From Macrostomum lignano (Eukaryota), in NCBI GenBank assembly GCA_002269645.1, contig NIVC01000222.1:186001-250000 (forward strand): a DNA stretch of 64,000 nt, written 5' to 3'. The notes beneath the pieces are model-generated. The model was given only the letters and a program-made list of their open reading frames with translations, was not told the origin of the DNA and searched no databases. Positions 44,164-55,210 of this stretch are shown here, piece after piece. A program made the position numbers and the translations under genes. Numbering within the stretch: position 1 is the first letter of the stretch; each line of letters opens with the position of its first letter.

Positions 44164-44898
44164 ATGAGCAAGGATAAAATGTATTGGATCATCTTCACAG
44201 CACTACAGCTGCTTCCACTACCAGCGCTGTCATGCCCGAGTCCATACCGACTCGAGGCTGGAAAATGTGTGTTCGTGAGCACAGATCAAACTCACAGCTG
44301 GTGCTCAGCTAACCAACACTGCGAGTCGATCGGAGGCGAGCTCATCAACTCCTACAGCTCCATAAAGCTGCTAGGAGACATGCCCAGTCTTGACTGCGGC
44401 TGCTTTCTCTGGCTCGGCATCTCCGACATGGCTGACGAGAGGACAAAGGACGAATCCGGTTGGGGAATAATTAAGGATCGAGGAATTTTGCCATCCAACG
44501 GTTCTCTATGGCTGCCGGGGGACCCAAACAATAAGGGAGGCGTTCAAGATTGCGTCTCAACGGCAAAACATTCTGCTCAGCTTGTAGACCTGCAGTGCTC
44601 ATCGTCGAGAGGCTTCGCCTGCGAGTTCTCTCCGTCGCAGCCTCTGCCCAGCGCTCCGTGGAAGCGAACTCCGTTCAAGCGCTCGAGCTACAATCCCAGC
44701 GATGAGTACTGCTTCAACGAGCTGATGCAGGTGAAGACTGCGATGCACTGCGTTGCTGCGGCTATGCGAAAGGGAAACAGCCGACACGTGCTGTATAACA
44801 GAAAGCTTGGAGCCTGCCGCCTGCTGCTGTTCACCGACGCTCAGGTCGAGGAGGAGATCGAGAGGAGTGCCGACTGGGTCAAGTACAGCCTGTACTAA
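44164..44898 (+). CDS. Intronless secreted C-type lectin-domain protein with a C-terminal PAN/apple-like segment
   Basis: Signal-like YWIIFTALQLLPLPALS; CTLD motifs C....C, W..A..HC...GGEL, WLGISD, WLPGDPNN, QDCV, LVDLQC, FACE; second Cys-containing module (HCVAAA..LYNRKLGACRL). Start could instead be 44179 or 44107. Confidence 0.85.
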   Translation: MSKDKMYWIIFTALQLLPLPALSCPSPYRLEAGKCVFVSTDQTHSWCSANQHCESIGGELINSYSSIKLLGDMPSLDCGCFLWLGISDMADERTKDESGWGIIKDRGILPSNGSLWLPGDPNNKGGVQDCVSTAKHSAQLVDLQCSSSRGFACEFSPSQPLPSAPWKRTPFKRSSYNPSDEYCFNELMQVKTAMHCVAAAMRKGNSRHVLYNRKLGACRLLLFTDAQVEEEIERSADWVKYSLY

Positions 44899-45121
44899 TT
44901 CACAGAAGTGTTGATCCACAATCGCACCGGACATTACGCTGTCACTAATGCACTGTCCTTAAGTTTAGCGATCACCCGGCCTTTTGGTCGCGAAATGAAC
45001 AATAATTGCAAAGAGTTCAAGTAAATAACTGAAACTGTGCATTGCCAAGTTCCGGAGTGGTATCGTAATATTCCTTTTAAAATTTGTTTTGTTTACACTA
45101 TTTTAGTTTAGACTATTTATA

Positions 45122-46023
45122 TAGGATTTTTCATTTGATTTCATAAAATTGTCATTTGATTTCGTCCATAGAAGTTGGCAGCGCGGCCATTGAGTCCATG
45201 GCAATAAAGTGCGCTGTTTTCCGATTGAATTCATAACTTTGCCACTTCATTTCGACATACTCAGTAGAAAGGCAACAGAAAAGTCGATGCGCTTGTCCAA
45301 TACAGAAAGAACTGTTAAAAACAGAAAGCTCTGTATTTAAGTCACATGAGGAAGTAGGCAGTTGCAACAGTGAAATCAGTTATGTCCGCCAAAGTTAATG
45401 CTCGTTCGCTGCAACAAGCTACAAATTTCACATTATCTGCTGCTCATTGATGCACAGGGGCAGAAACCGCATCACATGTCGTTCCCAGGCAAGGCACTTC
45501 GCGGCGGAAATTTCCTCTAGTGCAACGTAGCCGCAGCGGAAAAGCACCATGAGTCTCCACTGCGTTAGGTTGATGCCATCAGGCGGATTGCTAAGTTCCT
45601 GTTGAATCTCAGGTGTTGCTAGCTGGCGTTTAAGCGAAGCCTTGAGACAAGCGCTCGTTAAGAAATGGAGAGTACGGTGGCAGAGTTCGCAGTTGAATAC
45701 GATTGGCCGCGTTTATACGTTTCCAATGGACGCGTATGCAGCCATTTTTAGGCACACAAAGAAGGTGACTGTTGCCCAAGAAGGACACGTTCATATAGGC
45801 TTTTCATTTCTATGAGAGGTTTGGCCATAGATATTCACCCACTGATATCCCAGCCCCCTCTGGCAGTGTTGAGTCACTCCGCGCGTCAAGTCGAAATGAT
45901 GTGGCAAAGTTATGAATTCAATCGGAAACAGCGCACTTTATTGCCATAGACTCTATGGCCGCGCTGCCAACTTCTATGGACGAAATCAAATGACAATTTT
46001 ATGAAATCAAACGAAAAATCCTA
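45122..46023. mobile_element. Non-autonomous DNA transposon with ~135-bp TIRs
   Basis: 45122-45256 is the near-perfect reverse complement of 45890-46023 (taggatttttc...catttcgac); TA on both flanks; no transposase ORF inside. Confidence 0.85.
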
Positions 46024-48029
46024 TATTAGTTTTAGTGTCGTCGAACGAAAATTTGACACAACACTAGCTATGTCGTATTAACCGCATGGGTGTATTTAAG
46101 CAAATTAAAATCAATATATATCGATCACGATTTATCCAACCCACCAGTACCTTGAAATAAAAGCAATATATGAGCTCGATTTATTGTAAGATGGGCCCTA
46201 ATAGTTTTTTGTAAAAAATCGGTTCCAAAAAACAAGACTCTCGAACACAATCACGGAATGGAATCCATCAAGTATGTGCTCTACAAAAGTCCCTGTGACT
46301 GCGAACCCCTGTAACCAATTACTCCAGATCCGGTTGTTGATAACTGAGTAAATTTACTCAAAATAATTTTATCGATAGACCTGGATGAACTGGCGAGGGT
46401 GAGCAGCGGAAATTGCGTCTTTTGTCGATAAAGCAACTTTGATACTATGAAACTTTGTTTATTAGCTTTTGATGCTTGTTCCTGAGAAATTTTGGAGTGG
46501 AAAAAAGCAATTCACTTCTAAAGGCACTCAGCCAACATCATATCGCATCAGTTTTTTTTAAATGGGTATTTGAACCAACTCTAAAAGCGACTGACAAACA
46601 CGGAGCACTAGCAAATATCGCCATTTTTAAAGGCCGCTTTGGTGAAGTTTATTTCTGTGTGTTATTGAACCGGCGAGTTGGTATTTTAAATTCTTTCTTA
46701 TAAAAAATGCAATAATTCATGCAAAATAACCACGTAAGCCATAAAAATATAGCAAAAGCTGACTTGGAGAAAGTTTCCTAAACCTATTGGCGGGTACGGG
46801 CTAAAGGCTAAAACTCCTAAGACTTGGTAAACACGCATAACTGGTTGTAATATATGGGCAATCACTGGAGGCAAGCGCGAGATCCCAGATCCTTATGCTA
46901 TCGCAGAACTAGAATGGCGTTATGAAGGGCAAGTAGGAAGAAGCAGCCGATGTTAAATGTCAAAAAAACAAGTACAGTAGAATAGCATAGAAAAGGAATG
47001 CACATGACCCCTCAGCAACGTGGTCATGCAGTGCATCTGAGCAAATCAAACTTAAAACGATGCTTTTGAACGAGCATTCTACTTTTTGCCTTGATCTGCA
47101 CGTTTCTGTCTTCGTTGAAGAGCTCTAAATCAGTCCAGAGGCTCTATTACGCTCGTTCACCAAGCAATACTGCCAATTGATTGTAGATTAGCGCAACAAT
47201 TATTGCATGTAGATGTTCATAAGCTTAAGCGCATAAGCGCTTATTATGAATCTCCAAGATTAATCGGTTCAGTACGTATTTGAAATCGCTTTTGATCGTA
47301 GCTCACATTCACAGACATGGGTTGGCCAAGTGCAGGATAAATATTTCGTTTCCATTTGTTTAAACGGCGAGAACTATAGACTAAGGCCTGCTCTTCAGAC
47401 CAAAATAATAATCAAACTGAAATAACTTCCGCTTGACATCCATATACGAGTACTTATCATACATGTTATTCGGCTCTCTTCCGGTCCCCGGTTGTTAACT
47501 TTGCCCTTATTTTAAACAAACCGACACATCAATAAAATTCCGATCCAGCTAAATTTTGGGCAAAGCAGAATTATATCTGGGATTCGTATAAGGGGGACCG
47601 TTACTTGCACAGCCTCCGAAAACTATAAGGTCTTTTTAGACTTTTTGACTACTGCCTTTGTCGTTTATCATTTTAAAACGTAAGGCTTCTGGAACAAGTG
47701 TCTATACCACCGTCTGGAAACCAGGTTTTCGTAGATTGGCAAACCTTTTGTACGCTCGTACTTTCAGGCGAGCATAATGTTTTTATTCACGTAAACATTT
47801 GCCTGCTTGGTGTGTCCTTTTTCGAAAATCGAAATAATCAATTTAGAGAAAAAACTCAATAATACGAGCGAATGAGTGGCTATACCATTATTTAACGTTA
47901 TTTTGTTAGAAACTTTATACTTTCAAAAAACTTTGCAGCAAGCTGTTGCAATGAAATAAGTGAATGCAATTATTTATCGGCCGACACATTCATGATGTTT
48001 GTCTGTCTATTTTTGTGGCGTCTGAAAAG

Positions 48030-48480
48030 TGCTACTGAGGTGCTGTTAGCGGTGCTGTTGAGGATGCTGTCGATGATGCTGTTGAGGATGCTGTTGAGGG
48101 TGCTGCCGATGATGCTGTTGAGGGTGCTGTTGAGGGTGCTGCCGATGATGCTGTTGAGGGTGCTGTTGAGGGTGCTGTTGAGGGTGCTGCCGATGATGCT
48201 GTTGAGGATGCTGTTGAGGGTGCTGTTGAGGGTGCTGTTGAGGGTCCTGTTGAGGGTGCTGCCGATGATGCTGTTGAGGATGCTGTTGAGGGTGCTGTTG
48301 AGGGTGCTGTTGAGGGTCCTGTTGAGGGTGCTGCCGATGATGCTGTTGAGGATGCTGTTGAGGGTGCTGTTGAGGGTGCTGCCGATGATGCTGTTGAGGA
48401 TGCTGTTGAGGATGCTGTTGAGGGTGCTGTTGAGGGTGTTGTTGAGGATGCTGGTGAAGGTGCTGTTGAGTGCTTATCCT
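48030..48480. repeat. 12-bp codon-like tandem repeat (GAGGGTGCTGTT and variants)
   Basis: About 37 units; reads EGAV/EDAV or LRVL on +, and STAP/STAS on -. Confidence 0.9.
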
Positions 48481-48600
48481 AAAGGCAAAGACTGGTTTTT
48501 AGGAATCTTGGAAATTTTTTTAAGATACTAATACATTGGAGTTAATATTCATTTTGTCTATTTATATTTCAGATTAGACAAGTCCTCAAATCAGTGTACA

Positions 48601-49701
48601 ATGCGATCTGCTCTGAGGGAGGTGACCGCATCGAGCTCAGCCCACGGCATCAGCAGGGCAGCCGACTCCAAGGAGAAGCCGGTACGGGTGATGTGGATCC
48701 TGCTCTTTCTAGTCTTCTTGGCCATGTTTCTAAACGGAGGCGTCAGTCTATTGCTGAAGCTGTGGGGAGGCAAGCTGACGAAGGACTTCCACCTGGATCA
48801 GGCGTCGTTTGTGTTCCCAGATCTCTACAATTCTGTCCCAGCAATACGTACTCTGGCAGCTATCCGTTCACCCTTACAAAAGACGAGGCCCAATAACTAA
48901 TTCTAAATTAAGAGAGATAGAATTTGATTACGTAAAGAAGATGGGTATTCCAAATGAAAAATTTAACGCTTTTAAGAAGGCAAAGCAGGTGCAATCGGCG
49001 CTGCCATTTCATTTGTACCAAAAGTATCGATTGCACAGGAAAGATGAATCTGTACTAAGAGCATCGGTTGTCAGTGATAATATCACTTTGTCGAGCTCGA
49101 ACCGTTTTACACTCCCGAAGACCTACTCTGCTACAAGGCAGACCTTACCGATGAGCACAAATGAGCACAAAAATGGGCTCTTGAACCTGAATAGCATTTT
49201 AGAGATCTGGCTATCTACCGATCCACATTTTTCGGATTTCAAGCCGGTACAGCTTTTCACAGATACAAATGGCAACTAATACCGTTTCTGATGGGGCATT
49301 CCTGATGTGGATGTGATGTGACAGTATAAAGACTTCCAGCTACACAATGATAATCAAACCCTTGGGAGTGTATTCGTGTCAGCGATTTGAGAATAATTTT
49401 GAACTGTCTCCGGGCAATGCGTACCGAGTGAAGCTGCAGATGGAAGAGCACATCTGCAGTGAACATTTTTACTCGAAATACTGCGTCAACAACCACCCGC
49501 CAGTTGAGTCTGTACATCGGGTGCAGTTTGCTCACTCTGTGCGAGCTGCTCGAGCTGGTGTACGTCCTGGTCAAGTATGCGATCCAACGGAAGACTAATA
49601 AAAATAGTGCCACTAGTGGCGAACCTGGAGAGGGTGATGGGGCCGAAGACAAGGATTCTGAAGTTCGAAAACAGGAATTAGAGCTAAAAGCTGATGTGTA
49701 G
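48601..49701 (+). pseudogene. Disrupted DEG/ENaC (ASIC-like) channel gene, copy 1
   Basis: SSAHGI pre-TM1 motif, TM1 WILLFLVFLAMF, FPDLY-FCP (2-nt insertion at 48829-48830), ELSPGNAYRV, then a direct jump near 49500 to TM2 QLSLYIGCSLLTLCELLELVY. Several frameshifts and stops. Confidence 0.75.
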
Positions 49702-49787
49702 TCATTTTAGTAAGCTCACGACGCACAGACTATTTTTATTATTTTTTTTTTCATTAAATCTCCACTATCTAGGCTAACCCCCCCGAA

Positions 49788-50148
49788 GGGGGTCCGTAGC
49801 CCAGCGGCCTAGCGCATCTGCTCTGGTGTGCAAGCGACCCAGGCTCGATTCCAAGTGCAGTCACATTAATTTGGGGCTGAATTGGAATCTCGGCTTGGCT
49901 CTGCTCGTGCAATTAACGGCCTTGACAGCCAACCCCCCAAGGCGCAGTGAAGTGTACATGCCTAACGATAAATAAAGTTAGGGCCGCTGTACACTCCTGT
50001 GTGAGTGTGTGCCTGCGTACGTATCCGCGCGCTTGTATGCCTGCTCAGGGGAGTCGGCGGAATGGGCAGTAATGCCTCTCGCCGGTTGTGTGCCTATGTC
50101 GCTTAAAGTGCACCAGGGTGCACACAACCAACCCCCCTGCCTCTAATA
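49788..50148 (+). mobile_element. tRNA-derived SINE family B
   Basis: A-box-like tagcccagcggcctagc, B-box-like ggctcgattcc; 3' body gtcggcggaatgggcagta.tgcctctc shared with 54235-54385. Confidence 0.7.
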
Positions 50149-50164
50149 ACCCCCCCCCCCAAGG

Positions 50165-50436
50165 GAGCCTCGGTTAGAGCGTCGGACTCACGACTTGAAG
50201 TTCGGGGGTTCGATTCCCGGATCACACTTGAAACAATGTATCCTTGAGCAAGATACTCAATTCTGCATTGCTTCAGTTCACACAGCTGTAAAAATGGGTG
50301 CCAGCATTAGCTGGGGTAATTGAGGGTTTGTGTGGCGACCCCCAGTCCTTAGATTGAACAGCCGTACGCAGCCTTCAGATGCGCCGCGCAATAGCTGCAG
50401 CTGGCTGTCGGCTGCACATCTGGCCCAATAGGGGCA

Positions 50437-50465
<29 letters not shown>
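50165..50465 (+). mobile_element. tRNA-derived SINE family A with (ATT)n tail, abutting SINE B
   Basis: ggttagagcgtcggactc, ggttcgattccc, CORE-like body. Confidence 0.88.
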
Positions 50466-50467
<2 letters not shown>

Positions 50468-51129
50468 TTAATATTATTATAATAGTAATTATTATTAGTA
50501 GCTAGCTTTATTGTTGTAGTTAATAATATTATTATTATTATTATTTTATTTTATTAGCAATAGCAAATACATGACTAAAATCGCTGTAATGTCTGTGCAA
50601 TAGTTTAACATATTTATGCTTCATTCTTTCTGCGATCCTACGCTTTGTTCTAACAAGCTAACTGGTGTCAACGTCTGGCTTGAAGCTTTATTGAAATTCG
50701 AAATTTCTGTTTAGAAGCTAAACGTCAACTTCCAGCAACTTGCGCATTTTTTGACGGATCACAGCCGACTATAAAATATCCCTAAAACTTCGTTAGCGAG
50801 TGTTATATTTAGCTTTGTTTCCATGGCGACTTTTTAACGAGCTTATTGGAAAGCATATTTACTAATCCGATAGCATTAATACGATAATAGTAACAGTAAG
50901 TAATAGTAAAAAGCCGCTATTGAGTCTTACATATTATTAAGTATTTTTGTAGTACAGACAGCTCTGTTTATAGCCACTTTACGTTTTTTTGCTTTAGTTT
51001 TAAAAGCTACGAGGCACCACATTCGGCTTTCTTAGAAATAAGCTGGAGGCCAGTAAGGAACTTACGCTCATACATTTTATACAGAATATACAGCCATGAC
51101 TTACCATGTTTCACCATAGACAACTAAGG

Positions 51130-51480
51130 AATTTTCTGCAGTAGCCTGCGCAACGCTCCCGGATGCTGCTACTACCCAGAGCTGCTCGAAAGCGCCGCCC
51201 CTGAGCACCACCCTGAGCCCTGAGCTGACTGGCCCTGATGGGCCACACTGCCTCCGTAGCCATGGTCATGGAATGGCCACGTAGCCATGGAAGCCACGCC
51301 TTCCTTCTGGCCACCCTGATGCTGCACTACCCGACTGAGCCCCTGCGCCGAGAACAAGCACCACCATCCTGCGGACCACACTGACGGAGGACCTGCTGAA
51401 CATCTGGCCCCCCTTAACCACCACTGACTGTTCAGCCTGTTCAAACAGCACCGGCAAGCGTCACTAATAATAAATAATAA
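51130..51480 (+). mobile_element. Degenerate 3' fragment of an RTE-like LINE
   Basis: Residual LALMGH, LMLHYPTEPLRR, TTILRTTLTEDLL resemble the RTE C-termini at 11150 and 30100; taataataaataataa tail. Confidence 0.45.
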
Positions 51481-51879
51481 CGAGCTTACATATAGCTCGA
51501 ATTTGTGATGCTTAATCTATATAATCATTTAACTGAAAGTATGAAAGCTTATATATTAATGATCATTTAACGCTACTGTAGTTTTAGTCAATTTTTTATT
51601 CATAGATAAGCTTTCAAACTTTTGGCTATCACCAAAATGGCTTCCGATTGTACATGCACGCTTGTATAAGCGAACACTCCAAAGCCAGTCTTATTTTAAG
51701 CTTATAGTTCCTCATTCGCGTCTTGGATAAATATCAAAATAATTTAAACAGCTCAGGTATATGTACCGATAGCTTATGAGGTCAACAACAAAATATTTTG
51801 ATGAAGATTTTGATTGAATTGATCAAGCACAAGTTGCATGTATTCGAATAATAGTTATGTGCAGATAATACACTTCAAT

Positions 51880-52050
51880 TAGACAATAGCTATAGACTTC
51901 AATTAGACACTCTAGACTCCAATTAGACACAATAGACTCCAATTAGGCACCATAGACTCCAATTAGGCACCATAGACTCCAATTAGACACTCTAAACTCC
52001 AATTAGGCACCATTGAATTCAATTAGACAATCTAGACTCCAATTAGACGT
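51880..52050. repeat. 20-bp tandem repeat (caattaggcaccatagactc), about 8 copies
   Basis: Immediately upstream of DEG/ENaC copy 2. Confidence 0.9.
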
Positions 52051-52055
52051 AGATC

Positions 52056-53013
52056 ATGCCCAATGCCTTAGTGAACGCCATCGCATCCAGCTCGGCCCAT
52101 ATGGCATCAGTCGAGCAGCTGCCACCAAAGCCAAGCCACTACAATTAATTTGGACAGTGCTGTTTGTCGTATTTCTGGCATTCTTCCTCAAGAGTGGCAT
52201 CAGTTTGATAATAAAGCTGCACGAGAACAAGCTGACAAAGATATTTCACCTGGATCAGGTGCCTTTTCTATTTCCAGATTTGTACTTCTGTCCAAGTAAT
52301 CCGTATTCAGGCAGCTACCCGTTTCTGCTATCAAAGGCGGAAGCAGAGATCTTAAATGACAAAAGTGAGCTGTGAGCTGATCTTAAAATGACAAAACAGG
52401 CTATACTCAAGGCATGGATGATCAGCAACTATCTGAAATATGACATCCGGTTAGAGTTATTTTACAATTCAGAGAACCTAATTTGCGTCAGAGTTAATCA
52501 GATTTACCGACAAACTAAAACAAGAAATGACATCTTCACTGACTTGAATTTCACTGGCAGTCCATATTCATTGTTGACAATAAAAAAGGATCAGTACGGA
52601 GCTAAAGATGTCAGGCTATATGATGGTAATTGTCCCACCCGGGACTTATCCGTCACTGAAGTTTGAGAGGAAAGTACACATGGCTCCTGGCAAATGCTTG
52701 TATTCTAATAGAGCTGCAGTTGGAAGAGAATGCTTGTAGTGAGGACCTGCACAGGACTCAATACCTTCAATGCATTGAAAACCATCCCCAGTTGGATTCA
52801 GGAACCCAATGACTCATAGGTCTGAGTACTACAACTACAGCAGTTCCGCTTGCTACTACTCGTATCTGCAGGGAAGTTGCTTCGATGATGTGGCCTCAGG
52901 TTGTACTTACCTGGTCTTACACGTTCACTGACTTTCTAGCCGACACTGGCGCACACATCGGGTGCAGTGTGCTCACTCTGTGCGAGCTGCTCGAGCTGGT
53001 GTACTCGGTCTAA
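52056..53013 (+). pseudogene. Disrupted DEG/ENaC (ASIC-like) channel gene, copy 2
   Basis: MPNALVNAIASSSAH + 2-nt insertion + GISRAA, TM1 IWTVLFVVFLAFFL, FPDLYFCPSNPYSGSYPF (clear paralogue of copy 1), in-frame TGA at 52373, YNYSSSACYY, then YTFTDFLADTGA-HIGCSVLTLCELLELVY*. Confidence 0.75.
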
Positions 53014-54234
53014 TAGAGCGTTTACTCATTAAAGCATGCTCGAGACGTACGTTTTCGAGAGACGAGCCAACAGAACTGAGTTCAGTTGTCAATTAGATTT
53101 AAAAATTGTACGCAGGCTGACCTTGTAAAGTTCTTGTAAGCTTTTGATATACAGCTGTGATTGATTGTGTGAGAGGCCTTCATAACTGTTTTACAGGGTG
53201 TAAATTTCGTCTGTGTTTTTATTCAGTAGCTTAGTAGGATCTTAGCGTTTGCTTATTCATTTTCTTACTTAAATTCGAGACGAAAATTCAAATAAATGAC
53301 TAAGAATTTTTTTAGCTTCTTGTTTTCGCAATGAACATGGTCAATATGAGTTGCAACTTTGTTGAGGTGAAGGCCACATGGACCAAAAGCAATGCAGTTC
53401 CCAGTAAATTAGATATGCAGGTAGCATCAATCAGTCGGTATCAGAAATCATTTAAAATAATATGCTAGACATGTACTTTTGTGCAGTTTGATCCCAGAGT
53501 AGATAGGAAGCGGTAAAAAAATAGTTCTGCTGACACTGACATCAAATATCAGGACAAAAGCGTACAAATGTATTATACATGTACTAGTATAAGCATGTGT
53601 ACTTTATAAGAATTCAATAATTAGTAGTACATGTACCATGTACACTGTACATGGCTGTACACTGTACATGTACATTCAGCGGTTGCATGTATACAGTACA
53701 TATATACACTGTAAATGTATGGAGATTAGCCAGCGGAAGAACGGATGCTTGAATGCTCGGATCCGCTGCATGCTCGGATTGGATGGGTTGGATTAGCTTA
53801 ATCCTGCGCATAGGATTACGGCGCGGTGTGCCACACGTATAGTATAATATATCATGCAATCTAGCTCTAGATGTACATACATTGCACACGTATCTTTCTT
53901 ATTCTGGCCCTTGGGCTTGTTTTACCCTTTGTTTTCTTAATATACAAATAATATTTTGCTTTTTTAAGTACTATAAATACATGATGCAATTCTAGATTGT
54001 CCCCCCGAACTGGCAATTGCATCTGAATGTACGATCGGAATGTTTTAAAGTTTCAATGAAAATTTCGAAATGGAATTTTTCTGTCTTGACAAAACTATAT
54101 ACCCCCATTTGTCACACAATCAACGCCTTTGAGGCCGTCAACCCAAGGCACAGAGAAGTGTACTATAACATGTACATGCACTGCTGTAGATATGTACATG
54201 CCAACGCAACAATAGTTAGAACTGCTGCACCTAT

Positions 54235-54385
54235 GTGAGACTGTGTACGTATTTGCACGCTTGTTTTTCTGCTTAGGTAAAGTCGGCGGAATGGGCAGTA
54301 GCTGCCTCTCACCGCGGTTGTGTGATATATCACACTTAGAGTGCGCCATTTGTGAACACAGCCCTTGCCTCGAACTAAAAGTAAA
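54235..54385 (+). mobile_element. SINE family B 3' fragment
   Basis: agtcggcggaatgggcagtagctgcctctcaccgcggttgtgtg matches 50050-50110. Confidence 0.6.
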
Positions 54386-55210
54386 ACTAATACACTGCCT
54401 CAATTGCGTGTATTGTTAAGATAATTTATTTAAAGAACAGCTACTATAGACTTCACATACTTAAGTCGTCCTTGATGAAAACCGTCGGCGTGAAACGGTG
54501 GGGGTTCTTCAGCTGTACAGTGGATTAACTGTCCGATGTCCGACTTTAACGGCATAACAAATTTAACAAGTAAATCGAACATTGTCATTAGTATCTGAAA
54601 ATAAACTATACAAACCAGATACGAAGTACTAGACGGTGATTTTAAACTGAACTTTAAAGATTGAAACTTAAAGTTTTTTTACTACATTTTGAATGCATAT
54701 ATTCCTTGGTTATTTAACGAAACACGTGAGTGGGCACCGTTCCGTAGTGTCAACTTTTTCTCTACTTCGGTTTTCTTGTTTATTCTTCCTATTTCTAGGT
54801 CAGATTTTCTTTAGCCGCGATTAGTAAGAGGAGATAGAAAATTTTACAAGTTCTAGAGCCTGATCGTGGCTTGGTATAAAAATATAAATCAGGAATTCAT
54901 TCAACCAACTTTATCAGATCAGTGTATACTATAGCCATAGCCTATGCCATAGGTTATAGGTAGACAACCAAGGCTTTTAAATACAATTTCCAGAATTTCA
55001 GTTTGGTTCGACATAGGCTTGGATAGTCTAGAAATACCAGCACAAAGGTCACAGCCCTCGCTGTCTTTAAATTCAACTGACACAAACGCTTGTGCGTTGC
55101 ATAGAGTAGGCTAGTTAATAGTTTTTAGTATTGCAGGTTTTACTTTAATTTTCTTCATAATCGTACATAGTAGGCGGCGTAGGCCTAGGCCCTAATTTTG
55201 AGTTAAAAAT

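Noticed and set aside
54468-54505. Hammerhead-like cttgatgaaaacc...gtgaaacggtg
   Set aside because: Core mismatch, no consistent stem II and no NUH site in register.
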